A DNA stretch of 64,000 bases from Paramoeba atlantica (GCA_977017575.1 CDRNVI010000009.1:682001-746000); one strand, 5' to 3'. Counted from the stretch's first letter, positions 42,283 through 53,904 are shown. Notes: generated by a model from the letters alone, not told the origin. Numbers and translations are program-made.

Positions 42283-42729
42283 ATGTCGGGTCTCCATATT
42301 CCAAACTTTGAATTACTACACGTGTGCTACACGTGTAGTAAGTGATAAAGTGACCCCCGTCTTCGTATGTTTGAAGTCGTGGCAGTGAATGTTGAAGACT
42401 TGTGGCGCAGATGTACCGCCTTTTTCGTGTAATCGTCGTGTAGACAGCTGTACAGCATTCGTACTGCCTCCCTTGAAGCGGATATATGGGTTGAACAGGC
42501 TTGTCAAAGGTTGCGCAAGTTTTTTTCGCCAGACAGAAGATATTGTTTTATCGTCCTTTGTATCAAGTTAGTTACCTGTATGTGTCTTTAGTATTCGCTT
42601 ATGTACAGTAAGCCTGTATCTTAGTACAATATTTGCTACTTCTCACAAGCCACGTAAGCTAGAAAACGTGCCAATTAAACACACTTCAACATCGTTCCAA
42701 AGTTCCGATTAATTTCAATAGTCTAATTT

Positions 42730-42924
42730 ATGGGCAAAGTACACGGATCACTCGCTCGTGCAGGAAAGGTCCGGAATCAAACCCCAAAGGTTGCCAAGAA
42801 AGAGAAAATGAAGGCGCCGCGTGGAAGGGCAAAGAAAAGACTGCTTTATAAGAAGCGAAACATAATGACTGCTATGGTTCCCGGTCAAAAGAGGCGCGCC
42901 AATCCTCAAAGCGTTACCAAATAA
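42730..42924 (+). CDS. RPS30: 40S ribosomal protein eS30
   Basis: [36 protein letters not shown]. Confidence 0.97.
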   Translation: MGKVHGSLARAGKVRNQTPKVAKKEKMKAPRGRAKKRLLYKKRNIMTAMVPGQKRRANPQSVTK

Positions 42925-43782
42925 GCGCCATTTTAATGAAGACACATCCTGCGAAAAAACAATTCGCACAGCGAGCTGCAACGCGGTCAAGAAGTGGGTA
43001 AAAAGTATTCAAGTCATTTGTAATGTTTAGCGTAGAAAAAGGTCTGCGAATGTATGTTTTCCTATATTGTATTAGGCTTCGGTTCACAGAAATAAAGGAA
43101 ATTTTTTGCTAAACTAAAAAAGTATTTTTCAAAGTTCGAAAGGCCATTAGTACTTCGGATGCGGACTATACTTATTAGATTGTCGGTGAAGAAGTGTTCT
43201 TCTACTCAAGAATCATTAGGTTGCTCTATCTTTGTTTCTAGCATTCCTCTACATGTCATTCGTTGTTCAGTCGAAGAAGAAGTTTGTGATGAAATTTTCC
43301 TGTGATGAATTTAGCTGCGAAGATATTCAGATGTGTGAGGTAAAACATTGAATAAAAGGTAGCAACATTGAATGTTGCTGGAACAAGAAAGTCGTAGATT
43401 TTTTTTACTTGCCTTAGTCTACAGGGAGTTGAATTTTTAAGTCGTTTTGTTGGAAAAGCGGACCATTATGACTGCACTGTCAGTGATTGGTCTCTGGGGC
43501 ACTTTTCGCGGAGCTGCCGAGAAAGCAAATGCTATATCAAGAAGAACGGCCTTTCATGATCCCAAGGGAATTGAAACATCTGTTTTGTGACATTTTGATG
43601 AATCGAGGTCTATTCTTTGGCTGTTCGTAGGAAATATTATGGATCCCCGCTTTTTACCATTTTGTAAGACCCAATTTTTAACCAGGGAAAAGAGCGACGA
43701 TTCGTAAGAATCGGTAAATCGGCTGCGGGTGCAATCACAGAAAAGGAATGAAGAATATTCATTCAAGTTGTTTTCTCGCCTA

Positions 43783-44370
43783 ATGGTGGCTCTACAAACC
43801 TGTTTGGCGGCTGATTTGTTCCGTTCGTGCGATATTGTGTGTGTTCTAATTCCCGGGGTGACGATCAGTGTCTCCGAACTTCAGGTTTTTAGAACTTTGT
43901 ATGCATTAAAAAGGAATCCGAAAGGCTTACTCGCGATGCATGTGGGCGAGAGCGACTCAAAGACTTTGACACACAGAGGTTCAAGTGAGCTTCATGTTAC
44001 ATCTGATGAAATGAATCAGAGCGTGGGTTCATGCCGTTCTGAGACACCTTATTTGGTGTTCCTTGTGTGTTCCGAGGAGTCGCAGATAGCTGCGTATTTC
44101 GCTACAACGTTTCGCCGTTCAATGCAGGCTTGCGGCTTATGTGCCCCTGATGACGGGCAGACCTCTATACGAAATGATCGTGTATCTTCAAAATCCACAC
44201 GATACTTGTTTCGGACGGCGCAGGTGGCATTTCACTGTGTCATGCAAACAGACTTTGATGGCATATGTGGCTACTTGGACAGAATTCGTCAAACTTTTCT
44301 TCAAGCTGCTGGACGTTACGAAGAATCAATCCAACGCTATGCCTCACTCACTTTCAGATGGAAGGCGTAG
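43783..44370 (+). CDS. Hypothetical protein; may be part of a longer frameshifted gene with 44141-44752
   Basis: 195 aa from ATG 43783; overlapped by a second + strand ORF in another frame. Confidence 0.4.
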   Translation: MVALQTCLAADLFRSCDIVCVLIPGVTISVSELQVFRTLYALKRNPKGLLAMHVGESDSKTLTHRGSSELHVTSDEMNQSVGSCRSETPYLVFLVCSEESQIAAYFATTFRRSMQACGLCAPDDGQTSIRNDRVSSKSTRYLFRTAQVAFHCVMQTDFDGICGYLDRIRQTFLQAAGRYEESIQRYASLTFRWKA

Positions 44371-45018
44371 AAATGAATACGAAGATAACGCCACTTTTCA
44401 ACTCAGGAGCGATCACGAGCTGCGGTTCCTTCATCAAACCTTGAAATACGGCCATGAGGTGCGTCGTGTAATAGAAGATAATTTTTTAGGGAAAGAGTAC
44501 GACACCCTTGATTTCAGTGGAGCTTCTACTCATAAATGCGCAACGAATCAGAAGCATGAAGAAGGCGTCTCAATAGCCTTAGAGAAACAAGCGTCCGAGA
44601 TTATACATTGGCATAGTCATCGTGATAACTGGCTTAATACTCACTCAACAAATGATATAAAAAAAGAATTCAGGAAAAATTCAGGGCTAAAGGATGCTCA
44701 GTTTAAGTCAGCTAGTAGGCGACCTTTAAGAAATGTACCCACCGAGTCCTGAAATTTCAGGACTCAATCCAAAATTTTATTTTAACTTTAGCAAAAAGTG
44801 TGGCAAATAAGACCTACTTTGACATACAATAGTCTCCAATATTACAGTATTCTAAACAGACAGAGGTTTACTTATATCAAAATAGCTGGAACATGCATTT
44901 CCCCAATCTCCATTCGAATTAGCTCGAATCCTTTGAAACGATTTTTCAAAAGTCGTTGCGTCTTAGAAATGAGAAGCTGCTGCAGTGCACGGAACATATT
45001 AACTTTTGATTGTTGACG

Positions 45019-45112
45019 TACAACTCTGTGAGAGCTCTCCAATCCCATCCAAAGGGCGCTATTATTTCCTGAAACAGAACAAATTTTGCACAATTTGACC
45101 CCCACCCCCACA
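45019..45112. mobile_element. Solo/degenerate Tc1 TIR
   Basis: TACAACTCTGTGAGAGCTCTC...GCGCTATTATTT...GACCCCC matches TIR 49168-49272. Confidence 0.65.
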
Positions 45113-45339
45113 TTTAAGTGCCACCTCCTATAATTATTCTAGAATTTTATAGAATTTTTCACCCCCTGGCCTGTCTCGGAGGTAGGACGTACAGCCTGTA
45201 GGTCAACAAACTTTGCAGAGGATGGATTTTTACAGCTAAAGGAATGGAATTATCAAATTCATATGTACCTTCTGCATTGCTTATTTTAGAACACGCGGAG
45301 AATAAGAAGAATATACTCACCACGATTCCACTATTTCTG

Positions 45340-46340
45340 ATAACGACGCCTTTTCCTCTTCTCGTTTACCCTTTCATCCATGTCCCACTTCATTAACGGG
45401 TACCCCGTCCCCGAACGGCTAACCGAAAAGCAAATCCGATCCCTATTCCCCAAAGGCATCCTGGGCCTCACCACATCCTCCGGTATCCCCATCTTCCCCT
45501 CCCCCAACGGCGATCTCCTCCTCACCGCCGAGGAAACCCACTACACCCTCCCCGGGGCTAACTCCCTCCTCCCCCACCTCACCTCCACCGCCACCTCCGC
45601 CTCCACCCCCTCAAGCCCCACCCAGGACGACTCCCTCATCACCCCCCACGCCCAAGGACCACAACGGTTCTCCCAACAGTGGGCCCACAAGGGCAAGGTT
45701 CTCCAAGACCGGGTCCATGACCACATCACCATGCCCCCCCTCCTGATCACGTTTATTGACACCCCCGAGTTCCAACGGCTCCGTGGGCTGCGACAGCTCG
45801 GCTCCACCCACTACCTCTACCCCGGTGCCACCAACACCCGATTCGAACACTCCCTGGGCGTCGCCTTCCTCGGCGGCGTAATGGTACGACACATCCGGAA
45901 GCACCAGCCCGAGCTCCGGGTGGATTACCGTGATGAGATGGCCGTGATGCTCGCGGGCCTGTGTCATGATTTAGGACATGGCCCGTTCTCCCATCTGTTT
46001 GAGGAGTTTGTGAATCGCACAAGGGGTAGTCCGGGGAATAATAGTGGTGGTGGGAGTGGTACGTCCTTCCCACGATGGCGTCATGAGGATATGTCGGTCC
46101 GTGTGTTTCGGCATATTATACAAAAGCATGAGATTCGGTTTGAGGATTTTGGATTGCTGGAGGAGGACATACAGTTTGTGACACATCTGATTAAAGGGGT
46201 GAAGCCAGGACATCGGGCTCCGATGGGAAGCCGATCCGAGACGAAACGGTTCTTATTTGATATTGTCTCCAACAAGCGAAATGGGATAGATGTGGATAAG
46301 CTGGACTACTTTATGCGGGACAGTGCGTGTTGCTGGGGTC
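45340..46340. other. Skew-switch island 5 (switch near 45900)
   Basis: Third codon positions are almost all C through LGSTHYLYPGATNTRFEHSLG, then G/T after about 45900. Confidence 0.8.
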
Positions 46341-47239
46341 GCGTTGCTGTGGACTGTCACATCAATCGTTTGATTAAGTCAACCCGTGCGGTCAATTTCA
46401 ACAGTGAGTGGCAAATTTGCTTTGAGGAGAAAATGGCGCTGAGCCTTGGAGACATTTTCAGTCTTCGAGCGAAGTTGCACAAGTACGTGTACCAACACCG
46501 CATTGTGAAAGTAATTGACCACATGATTTTGAATGTCTTAGAGCTTGCGGAGGGTCACTACATGATTCTGGGCGGCGGGGGCCAGTCCTACAGTATCGGG
46601 GCATGTGTCGATGACATTGACGCGTATGTCCGCCTGGGTGACTGGATACTGGACGCCTTGGAGGCCTGCCCCTCGACGGCTCTTTTACCCGCTCAGGCGA
46701 TAATTTCCCGTATACGGGCCCGGGACTTCTACCACTTAGCCGGAATCGCGGCCTATCGCAGTGGGGAAGTACCTCGCGCGGAGATTGAGATTACGCATGA
46801 GATTTTAACCCATCTTCCACCACAGAGCACGGTGATAACGATGAGCGACGTGGTTGTTCACGTGACGCGCATCACGTACGGTAGCAGTGACCATCAGGGA
46901 GCCGCGGATGATCCCATAAGCCATGTAGGATTTTTTAACCCCAAAAAGAACCAAGACGAGGCATTTCACTTGAGTGCCAAGCGAAAAAGCCCTCTTTTTA
47001 CTCCCACAGCATTTGAGGAAAGTACAGTGTTTGTGTATGCCAAGGCTCCGGAGCATTTACTTCCAGTCACGCTAGCCTTTGAGGCGTGGAAAGAAGACAA
47101 TTGTGAACTTTTCTCAACCCCTGTCCCAACGATGAACTTTACGCCTAGTATGAAACGTCGAGCCCTGGAGTCATCTATTACACGGCGAGAGGTTGCGCAA
47201 ATGCAACTTTCTCAGCCCTCACTTACACCGCCCGAATGA
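45380..47239 (+). CDS. SAMHD1: SAMHD1-like HD-domain dNTP triphosphohydrolase (no SAM domain)
   Basis: IDTPEFQRLR..QLG..YPGATNTRFEHSLG, AGLCHDLGHGPFSH, HEDMS, DIVSNKRNGIDVDKLDY..RD, VYQH. Confidence 0.92.
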   Translation: MSHFINGYPVPERLTEKQIRSLFPKGILGLTTSSGIPIFPSPNGDLLLTAEETHYTLPGANSLLPHLTSTATSASTPSSPTQDDSLITPHAQGPQRFSQQWAHKGKVLQDRVHDHITMPPLLITFIDTPEFQRLRGLRQLGSTHYLYPGATNTRFEHSLGVAFLGGVMVRHIRKHQPELRVDYRDEMAVMLAGLCHDLGHGPFSHLFEEFVNRTRGSPGNNSGGGSGTSFPRWRHEDMSVRVFRHIIQKHEIRFEDFGLLEEDIQFVTHLIKGVKPGHRAPMGSRSETKRFLFDIVSNKRNGIDVDKLDYFMRDSACCWGRVAVDCHINRLIKSTRAVNFNSEWQICFEEKMALSLGDIFSLRAKLHKYVYQHRIVKVIDHMILNVLELAEGHYMILGGGGQSYSIGACVDDIDAYVRLGDWILDALEACPSTALLPAQAIISRIRARDFYHLAGIAAYRSGEVPRAEIEITHEILTHLPPQSTVITMSDVVVHVTRITYGSSDHQGAADDPISHVGFFNPKKNQDEAFHLSAKRKSPLFTPTAFEESTVFVYAKAPEHLLPVTLAFEAWKEDNCELFSTPVPTMNFTPSMKRRALESSITRREVAQMQLSQPSLTPPE

Positions 47240-47403
47240 AAAAGTCAACTTATTTTTGGTTATATTGACGGATTGTGCACGTTTCTCTCTCTCTCTCTCT
47301 TAAAGGAAGACCTTATTGTACGATATTCCAAATTTCTGTTACTGCCTTGTAACCCTTCTTATTTCTTTCAGTTACAAGGAGAAAGCATAATAATACTATA
47401 CCC

Positions 47404-47723
47404 CTCCCGCTTATGAGTTCCCCCAATTCTGGTACGCTTATGAGTTCTTTTTTCTAAGGCGAATGTTTTTGTACCCACTTTTCGCGAAGCGATTTTTTTG
47501 GCTCGGAACGAAAATTCATAAAATTCCCAACAACTGTACGTCAGGCTGCTCTACAGAATCGCTCACAGAGCGGATAATCTTTTTAGCGCCAGTATCATTG
47601 TCAAGGAGAACCCGCGACGCGAAGCGCCACGGGCCCGAATTTTCGCGTTTTCATGGCTCGATTTCTGGCATGGTACCTTATGAGTACCTTTTTCTCAAAA
47701 CCGGGGAACTCATAAGCAGGGAG
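47404..47723. mobile_element. MITE-like element with about 20-bp TIRs
   Basis: CTCCCGCTTATGAGTTCCCC ... GGGGAACTCATAAGCAGGGAG; internal CTTATGAG repeats. Confidence 0.6.
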
Positions 47724-47895
47724 TTAAGTGTTCATTTACTTATAGTACAGATATTTAAGCTTCATCGGAAAAATTAAGCGAACTTAATAATGCGCGCACA
47801 ATACGCGCTTTCCGACGACTATCATTCCCCATCACCCGCCGCAGCGTCATTCGCGTTCCAAGAAGGAGAATCACGGTTTTGAAAGATAATACATA

Positions 47896-49272
47896 CAGGG
47901 GTGAAAATCCCATGGTGGGGGGGGTCTAAAATTCGTAAAATTTGTCCAATTTTGGAAAATAATAGCGCGTTCGAGAGCTCTCGCAGAGTTGTATGTTTTA
48001 AGATAGGCAGTTTGCGGTGGTTAGGGGGGTACCCCCCTTTGATGGAAGGGTCAAAAACACGATTTGCAAATTTGAAAAACTGTAAAAAATGGTCAAACAT
48101 TACCCTTAATACCCACAGGAAGACCCGTTTCGCTCAATAACGATGCGACAACGCTTGCGGAAACTGCTCATCGTGTTAATACATTCTTGCTTGCGTTCTG
48201 ATTGTAATCTTTCGAACGCTGTCTCAATGGCCGATACTAATTCAGCCCGATTCTTGGGTCGAAGATCATTTTTGATCCTGTCCATGGTCCCCCAAAGGTT
48301 TTCAATGGTGTTTAAATCGGGGGATTTTGCAGGCCAAGAGAGTACATTAATACCTTCGTTGCGAAAGGTTGTTCGCGCAGAATTATGAACAGGACAATTA
48401 TCAAGGATACCAAGGTTCTAGCTCTCCCTGCTGTTCCTTGGCGGGGTCAGTCTTCCGGCAAAGGTAAGTAGTAATTTTGTTTCGTCCCCTACCGCAAGTG
48501 AACTTCTTCTCATCGCAGAAAACAATTTGTCTCAGTTGGGTATCTGACCAAGTGAGCATCTCAGAACAAAAATGCACTCGTTTCCTCTTGTGTTCATCGG
48601 TCAGTGCGGGCTTTCTTTTTAAAGTTCGCATGATCATACCATGGCTCTTCATGGCGTTAACCAAAGTTGGTCTTGAACACTGAAATCCAAGAGAAAGCAC
48701 AACTCTATGGAGTGCACACCAGTTCTCAGTCCCGTACGGGAGGTCACGGTATCCCTCATCAATGAGGCGGATAGCTGCTTCGTGCAGCGCAGGGGTACTG
48801 ACAGGAGATGGGCGTGAAATAGGAGAGCTTTCCACGTCTCCAGTGTTCTCATAGCGTATCACAAGATGTTTTACTGTATTTTCGTGGACGCCGAAGTTTT
48901 GGGCTGTCCGAGAATAGGACCCTGTCTCAAGATAATCTGAGACAAGAAGCATACGGTGACTTGGTATCACCCGTGCGGGGGAGGAATAGGACCTGTCGCT
49001 GAGTACTCCACGTGAGGTTCGGGAACGAATCCGTTTCTGGGGCATATAGTGCTAATATTGACTGAAAAACAGCTAAAAACTGAAAAAACGTAAATTTGGG
49101 CAAGAAACAAAATCATGATTTTTTTTGTCTCATCGTTTCATGTTGAGTCACAGGCCGCAAATAGTGCTAAAACATACAACTCTGTGAGATCTCTCGAATG
49201 CGCTATTACTTTCCAAAATTGGATAATTTTTACGAATTTTAGACCCCCCCCACCACGAGGTTTTCACCCCTG
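47896..49272 (-). mobile_element. Tc1/mariner element with about 105-bp TIRs and TA TSD
   Basis: TA|CAGGGGTGAAAA ... TTTTCACCCCTG|TA; 47896-48000 is the reverse complement of 49168-49272. Confidence 0.93.
48106..49045 (-). pseudogene. Tc1 DD34E transposase with an internal deletion and frameshift
   Basis: HTH, RKPALT..HKRKRV.FC and VFCDEKKF in the first frame; DNCPVH..WPAKSPDLNTIENLW..Y* in a second frame; the middle of the catalytic domain is missing near 48400. Confidence 0.88.
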
Positions 49273-49279
49273 TATATAA

Positions 49280-49570
49280 CTACCGCGTAGTACCCTGTAG
49301 ACCATTGATTCTCGACACGCGCTCGCCGGGCTCTTGTTGCAGTGAGACTACCGCGTCAGGGCGCTGCAGGGTCCCGGCCTCGACAAGCCAATGTGGGGGG
49401 TTCCTGAGACCTGGGAGATCAAAGTGTATGCTGTGGGTCTCATTTGAGCTCATAACGGCTTTAGCTAGAGCCCTTAGCACCAAATCGTGGCGCAGGGTGT
49501 ATCGTGGCGCAGGGTGTGTTGATTTATCGTACTAACTGTTATCCCCACTCGGGGCATGCCTACCCACACC
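49280..49570 (-). pseudogene. Relic of the RLE endonuclease region of a non-LTR retroposon
   Basis: After removing a 17-bp tandem duplication it reads HTLRHDLVLRALAKAV...QRPDAVV (RHD and RPD motifs). Confidence 0.5.
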
Positions 49571-49889
49571 TCCCCCAACGCCCCCCAGGCGCCAAACGAC
49601 CTCCATCGAGGATATGCCAGCGCAACCCCATCACAACCGCAATCGTTACACTTCGTTCAAAGCAGGGAGGGTATAGTAATAATGCGTGTATGTAGTAGAG
49701 TTACATTGAAAATTCCATTTTTACTCGCTTCGTTAAAAGTGGTGGTTGTTTTACAACTTAGGCACTACTTTCGAGACGAACAATCCTCTGAGTTTAACGA
49801 AGGAACTAAAAAAGAAAATAAATGGGAGAAACGAAAGTCCATTGTTTGGGTGTAAAAATACAATTTCTAGACCAAAAAATACCGCCCCC

Positions 49890-50065
49890 GCCCTCCAGAT
49901 TTCGGTCGTTTTTGGAGCCTCACAAGTAGGGGTAGGAGGAACATCTGATAGAAAAAACGTCGGAGAACGGTAGCTCCGGCCCCAAACACTCAAAATACGT
50001 TGTAGGAGTCAATTGCAGAAAATAATTTTGTTTTCATTTTTTGTCAAATATACCTTTTTTTGGTC
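49890..50065. repeat. Diverged copy of the repeat family A body
   Basis: Similar to 9170-9355 (CAGTAGG.G.AGGAG...AAAAAACGTCG.AGAA.GGTAGC...AAAATACGTT.TAGGAGTC). Confidence 0.7.
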
Positions 50066-50168
50066 ACACTACGTAATAGTATACAGCAGTGAGTTGTATC
50101 CCATAGTTTGAGAAGCCTTTTAATATTGTTACTCATTTCAATCTTTTTATTAGCTCCTTTTGGATTGT

Positions 50169-51409
50169 ATGAATTCTATTTTTCGATGCGCAGACGGTGG
50201 GCGCCAGTGTTCAGGGAAAATCCGAGGGAATGCCATGCCTCATGAATACGATTAAGTACGTTTTGTTGGGAATATTACGAATCCAGATCCTTCCTGGACG
50301 TTGGCGGCGGATGTTTGCTCGTGGCATGGCATTAAGTGCGACAAGAGTGGGGCGATTCGTAAGATATTTTGGTCATACTGGATCCGTTCTCATAATGGTA
50401 CACTTGATCAAAGCCCCGCCATTCACGGGAAAAGCCCCGCCATTGACATGGAAGTTTATGCCCCGTACAGTGCAAGAATTTTCTTCACTTGGGCAGGCCG
50501 AGCTGGTTGGCCAGATTTGTCTCTCTGACTTCGTAGCTTCCTTGATCGAATTTGAAGTTATGTGTAATTCTCATCATGGCGAAATAGATCTTACAGTCTT
50601 ACCTCCACAAATCGAATCTGTACCTTGTTGCCCTTCCTTTCTTTTCCCGGAAACGGGCATATTCTTACTTTTAAATGCCCGTTTCCGGCTGACGGCTAGC
50701 TGGAACTGTCCCTCTTTGTCGCGGAAGTAGGGGACGCACTTCGCACTCTTCACCCCTCCCCGGCTCGCTCTCTTCGAGTGAGCTTTCTTCCCTCCCCGGC
50801 TCTCTACTTCTCGTGCTTTCTTATCCCGGGAGCTATGCGCCATGGTGGCCTCCTTTGAGGACCACTGGGCGTGCTACAGCGGGAGGACACGTTGTATGCG
50901 TGTATAGGGGATGCGAACTTGCACCCCTCTCTCCCTACATGCTGTAGCGAGTGCGGCGGTAACGGACCTCCCCATGATGCATCATGATCCACGATAGACC
51001 ATCTGACAGCATGAACCCACGGCTTGACCGTGTTGCAGCATGAACCATGGCTATACGTGCTGTAGCATGACCGATGGGCGACTCGTCTCCTACCTCGCAC
51101 TCCACTCTCTGTGTGACACCCGTCGTATGCGGGTCATGCGCCGATGGTATCGGCCGTCACACAGAGAGACGTATCTCTGCGCCACGAGCGTATGATCATA
51201 ACCTTTCATACAACAAGTTGTCCGGGGGGCTCGATTTTAGTTGCCTTCCACCAGGTTTACAAGTACTGTCCCTGAGCGCGAATGATTTCTCAGGCCGTGT
51301 GAATTTTTCAAACCTTCCACCTTCCCTTACTTCCCTTAATTTGTCGCAGAATGAGCATCTAATCGTTTCTTCACCCGTTCCTTCGTTTGTAAGTCTTGAT
51401 ACGGTGTAA
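50169..51409 (+). pseudogene. LRR family copy 5, pseudogenised and interrupted by an insertion of about 560 bp
   Basis: MNSIFR..GKIRGNAMPHEYD*VRFVGNI (nonsense codon in the conserved EYEL cap); 14-bp duplication AAAGCCCCGCCATT causes a frameshift; foreign DNA at about 50630-51190; LRRs resume at NLSYNKLSG. Confidence 0.8.
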
Positions 51410-51742
51410 ACTACAATGAAAGGTTTATTTATAAAGGGTTTCAGTTGATCTTGTTGTAGTTCAACTTGAGTTAAGTTTGTTCATGGATCTTAACCTCGGT
51501 TGTCTCCACAGGTGTTCGCGAAGGTTGTCTTCATGTCGTGTATATTCATACACTATATTCACTGTATTTTTTCACTCATGATGCTGCATGGCATACACGT
51601 TCAGAAAATCTGTACAATTCCTTTATTCGCCCCACTAATCAATCACTTAGTGCAGCAGAACCCTAAAAATAATGAGGTGGTAAAGCACTCTCTGAATATG
51701 ATATTTACGATCAAACCTGTACATTTTAATAAATAATTCTCC

Positions 51743-52918
51743 ATGCCTTCACCTCTGTTCGATATTTTGTTACCACTTGCGGTTTTTAGTCTTTTGTGCT
51801 ACCAGCTAACATCCCGCTTTCTTCCTCCGTGTTGTGAGATCCTTAAGAGGCGCGGTATTTATGGTATCGACATTAATAAGATTACCACTGAGGAGCTCAA
51901 CAGACTGAGAAAACTACGTGACGTGCGCAGCACGGCATTTTTACTGCAACAAGTGTCTTTTGCTCCGCGCCTCATACCGGAGAGCGCTGGACTTATCACA
52001 GGATGTTTTTGTATTGTCACAATAATTCTATGTGCATTATTTTTTTCCATCCCACTTCGAGAGCTACACGCCGCACTTTGCTCTCTTTCCCTGACGCTTC
52101 TTCTTGGCTTTGTGGATGATGTGCTGGATGTCCGTTGGCGATATAAACTTATTCTCTCGATATTATCCACTGTTCCCCTTGTGACGAGTTATTCCGGAAG
52201 TACCACACTTTTACTCCCCATACCAATGCGTGGAGGACTGATTGCCAACATCCTCGGATTTTTTTTTCACATGCCTTCACATGAGAGTGTAAACCTTGGA
52301 TGGGTCTATCTTTTGGTTCTAATGTCTCTTTGTGTCTTCTGTGCAAATTCAATTAATATTTTAGCTGGTGTGAATGGAGTAGAAGCCGGACAGTCTATTC
52401 TAATTGCATTTTCCCTTTCAATACACTGTATTGTCCAGTTTATCAAAGGTGAACAAGAGGCCTCGAAACTCACTTTGACTCTCACTTTGTTGCTTCCGTT
52501 TATTTCAACGACGCTCGCACTTTTAAAATATAATAAATATCCGGCTCGTATTTTTCCTGGAGACAGCTTCACATATTTTGCTGGAATGCTTCTTGCCGTA
52601 AGTTCCTTTATTGGCCAATGCCCAAAAACAATGTTACTGTTCTTTGTGCCTCAAATCTTGAATTTTCTTATTAGCTTGCCACAGTTGTTTGGTATCATGC
52701 ACTGTCCTAAGCACCGAGTACCACGCTGGATCAAGGAAAAAGATGCGCTAACGAACTCTCATAATTACACTCTTCTCAACGCGTTGCTTTATGTCATGGG
52801 AGACATGCATGAGCGTTCTCTTACTGTTGTAGTAATGATTTTTCAATTTTTCTGCTCGCTTTTTGCATTTTTTACTCGATACTATTTAGCCCACCTTCTG
52901 TACGAGGAGGTTAAGTAA
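51743..52918 (+). CDS. DPAGT1: UDP-GlcNAc:dolichyl-phosphate GlcNAc-1-phosphate transferase (ALG7)
   Basis: GIDINK, PESAG, GFVDDVLDVRWRYK, FCANSINILAGVNGVE, KYPARIFPGDSFTYFAG, PQI.NF..SLPQL..CPKHRVP. Confidence 0.96.
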   Translation: MPSPLFDILLPLAVFSLLCYQLTSRFLPPCCEILKRRGIYGIDINKITTEELNRLRKLRDVRSTAFLLQQVSFAPRLIPESAGLITGCFCIVTIILCALFFSIPLRELHAALCSLSLTLLLGFVDDVLDVRWRYKLILSILSTVPLVTSYSGSTTLLLPIPMRGGLIANILGFFFHMPSHESVNLGWVYLLVLMSLCVFCANSINILAGVNGVEAGQSILIAFSLSIHCIVQFIKGEQEASKLTLTLTLLLPFISTTLALLKYNKYPARIFPGDSFTYFAGMLLAVSSFIGQCPKTMLLFFVPQILNFLISLPQLFGIMHCPKHRVPRWIKEKDALTNSHNYTLLNALLYVMGDMHERSLTVVVMIFQFFCSLFAFFTRYYLAHLLYEEVK

Positions 52919-53220
52919 CGCGAAAGCGAAGCCGGATACAAATATCGCCCGCAAATAATAATCACACGACGTCACTATGGTGGCTGGGAAGCAGATTTAA
53001 TTGAAGGTGCAAAGAAAAGTTAAAGTGATCCTGACCCTTTGTGAACGGCAGAGTAGGTTTGTTGTCCGTGTAAAAACAATGGGGTTAACTATGGTGAAAA
53101 TGTACCCTAAAAATAGAAATTTTTAAATTTCGTTGTAATGAAAAACGAATGTGATTTTAGGTTATTCCAAGATATTCTAAGACACTTTAAGACGATTTTC
53201 CGCCATATACGCAATAATAA

Positions 53221-53904
53221 TTATCGTAGCCCTCTAAGATCACCACGCGTAAACTCAGATTTCGAAAAAACTGGGTGATCTTCATTGACAAGGAGTTTCT
53301 TCATTAAAACGAAGTAAACATGCTTACATCTATTACCGCGACGTCCGTCAGGACAAGTGCATTCAGTGCCCCCAGTACCAATGTACATGTATATCGTATA
53401 ATGGCGGTCCGTAGATCCTTGAATCATGTACTTATAATTTCCCATCTCAGTCATTCCATATCTACGCTTTAGGCGGATGTGCTCCGACATTGCTCGGCCT
53501 AATCGTGTACTGGGTGCCTCAGGGTCGGAGTCATCACTCAGGTCATCAGAATCCATGTCAACAGGGCCTTCAGTTATATCGTTCGAGTCGCATGAATTCG
53601 ATTCATTTTCGTCCACTGCGCTATTTCCTTGAGCAATCAGCAGCCAACTCCGAAATTTGGCGACTATTTGGGATTTAGAACGGAAAAAAGGGTCAAATTC
53701 GGGTATGTTTAAATAGCATTTAGAGCCATCTTCAAGCTTCTTGAAGCTTTGCTTTTTACGAGGCCTCTCTCCGCAGCGAATACAAGGTGTATTTGCCCCA
53801 AAACAGTGGTTCTTTAGCCAGAGAAAGACATTTTCCGCTATTATTTGCAAAATTGAAGTGACAAAGACTAGGCAAGCCAACGTGGTGCACCCCGGACAAT
53901 CCAT
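53221..53904 (-). CDS. SWIM zinc-finger protein (only clear minus-strand host gene)
   Basis: RLGRA..QGSTDRHYTIY..CTCPD..CKHVYFVL SWIM signature; N-terminal CxxC motifs. Confidence 0.8.
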   Translation of the reverse strand: MDCPGCTTLACLVFVTSILQIIAENVFLWLKNHCFGANTPCIRCGERPRKKQSFKKLEDGSKCYLNIPEFDPFFRSKSQIVAKFRSWLLIAQGNSAVDENESNSCDSNDITEGPVDMDSDDLSDDSDPEAPSTRLGRAMSEHIRLKRRYGMTEMGNYKYMIQGSTDRHYTIYMYIGTGGTECTCPDGRRGNRCKHVYFVLMKKLLVNEDHPVFSKSEFTRGDLRGLR

